In this document: piece after piece, positions 10,201-11,783 of the stretch
How the letters are laid out: each line of letters begins with the position of its first letter
Numbering within the stretch: position 1 is the first letter of the stretch
Source of the DNA: a bacterium
GTDB lineage: Bacteria; SAR324; NAC60-12
Direction of reading: 5' to 3'
Assembly: GCA_965233585.1 (NCBI GenBank)
Contig: CBDDTI010000742.1
Location: forward strand, 1-11,783
DNA length: 11,783 nucleotides
Made by a program: the position numbers and the translations under genes
Notes under the pieces: model-generated
Seen by the model: the letters and a program-made list of their open reading frames with translations, nothing else
What the model was told of the DNA's origin: nothing
Databases searched by the model: none

Positions 10201-11190
10201 TCGTATTAGTTGGTAGACCCTATAAGTCTATATAAAATGAGTACAGGGCGTTGATTGGCGGCAATGTCTACATATTTAAGAAAACCCAGTGACTTCAACT
10301 TTTGCTGCAGGGGACTAAGTCGACCTTATTGCCTTATATCAATGATATTACGCTATTTCCTGAAGCCAAATTTATTGTTCTGTCTATATCAACACCACTT
10401 GAATCAATAGCAAACATTATCGATTTTATAGGATTTTTTGCGCGACCCCACCCCTATTTCTGGACCATTCACAAAAAACCTTGGCCGTCGAAAGGTTATG
10501 CATCAAAATTGAAAATTTCTTCCTATCGCGAGATTTTCTCTGCACTCGACAAGAAAATGTCATTTTACGAACATCTGAAGGAAATTGGGCTCGAAAAAAT
10601 GTTATTTCGAAAATTTACATATCCTTTCCGCGTCCGTAGCGTATTTTAGCGTAATGGCCGATTTTTCGAGTTCGACCTCCCCTAAATAGGCCCCAGAAGA
10701 GAAAATTCGGACTTATTTGATATTGAGGAACACTTCGTATGCCGACCTCTCTTGCATAATTTTTTCGTAGCCCTGATGTCAGAAACAAGGATTCTATGGA
10801 GCGCCAAACGCGACTGAACATTTCAAAATCGCCGTGCATAAAATCCGGATTGGACCTCGGTTGCATAAAGTGCCGTCGTCGGTTTCGGGTTTTAGTGAAA
10901 AGCGTCGTGGTTGGTATCATGGCGGATAAGGGTCTAGTGCTCAGTTTCGTATTAGTTGGTAGACCCTATAAGTCTATATAAAATGAGTACAGGGCGTTGA
11001 TTGGCGGCAATGTCTACATATTTAAGAAAACCCAGTGACTTCAACTTTTGCTGCAGGGGACTAAGTCGACCTTATTGCCTTATATCAATGATATTACGCT
11101 ATTTCCTGAAGCCAAATTTATTGTTCTGTCTATATCAACACCACTTGAATCAATAGCAAACATTATCGATTTTATAGGAATTTTTGCGCG

Positions 11191-11783
11191 ACCCCACCCC
11201 TATTTCTGGACCATTCACAAAAAACCTTGGCCGTCGAAAGGTTATGCATCAAAATTGAAAATTTCTTCCTATCGCGAGATTTTCTCTGCACTCGACAAGA
11301 AAATGTCATTTTACGAACATCTGAAGGAAATTGGGCTCGAAAAAATGTTATTTCGAAAATTTACATATCCTTTCCGCGTCCGTAGCGTATTTTAGCGTAA
11401 TGGCCGATTTTTCGAGTTCGACCTCCCCTAAATAGGCCCCAGAAGAGAAAATTCGGACTTATTTGATATTGAGGAACACTTCGTATGTCGACCTCTCTTG
11501 CATAATTTTTTCGTAGTCCTGATGTCAGAAACAAGGATTCTATGGAGCGCCAAAAGCGACTGAACATTTCAAAATCGCTGTGCATAAAATCCGGATTGGA
11601 CCTCGGTTGCAAAAAGTGCCGTCGTCGGTTTCGGGTTTTAGTGAAAAGCGTCGTGGTTGGTATCATGGCGGATAAGGGTCTAGTGCTCAGTTTCGTATTA
11701 GTTGGTAGACCCTATAAGTCTATATAAAATGAGTACAGGGCGTTGATTGGCGGCAATGTCTACATATTTAAGAAAACCCAGTG
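11191..11783. repeat. Partial, more diverged 16th copy
   Basis: Five private substitutions against the consensus: C>T 11488, C>T 11517, C>A 11555, C>T 11579, T>A 11612. Confidence 0.9.

Larger units (their letters stand above)
1..11783. repeat. Tandem array (satellite-like) of a 746-bp monomer, about 15.8 head-to-tail copies filling the window
   Basis: ACCCCACCCCTATTTCTGG recurs at 1, 747, 1493, 2239 ... 10445, 11191. Every ORF in the track recurs at exact +746 offsets, so there are no net indels. I found 8 variable sites by eye. Confidence 0.99.

Noticed and set aside
1..11783. CRISPR array, rRNA/5S/snRNA gene array, or in vitro concatemer
   Set aside because: There are no unique spacers and no recognisable rRNA or snRNA motifs. 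The block-structured variants are hard to explain by copying a single circle.

Overview
The whole window is one head-to-tail tandem array of a 746-bp monomer: 15 full copies plus a 593-bp partial copy, about 15.8 copies in all. By hand count the monomer is about 41% GC with no CpG depletion. Copies are nearly identical and no indels are visible. The few substitutions are structured: one T/A site splits the array into T (copies 1-2), A (copies 3-13) and T (copies 14-15) blocks, and private variants cluster at the right end. This looks like a young, homogenised genomic satellite, probably eukaryotic (inference), rather than a gene cluster. The three repeated ORFs resemble no protein I recognise and are not called as genes. 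The most interesting signals lie inside the monomer: (i) a GC-rich hairpin followed by a 9-nt spacer and CTAG|T, with TCTATATAAAATG 35 bp further on, which resembles the 3' and 5' termini of a non-autonomous Helitron and suggests a rolling-circle origin; (ii) a second inverted repeat straddling that junction; (iii) a recurrent GACC/TGCATAA motif at 106-109-bp spacing; and (iv) roughly phased A/T tracts. Motif coordinates are given for copy 1 and recur every 746 bp.
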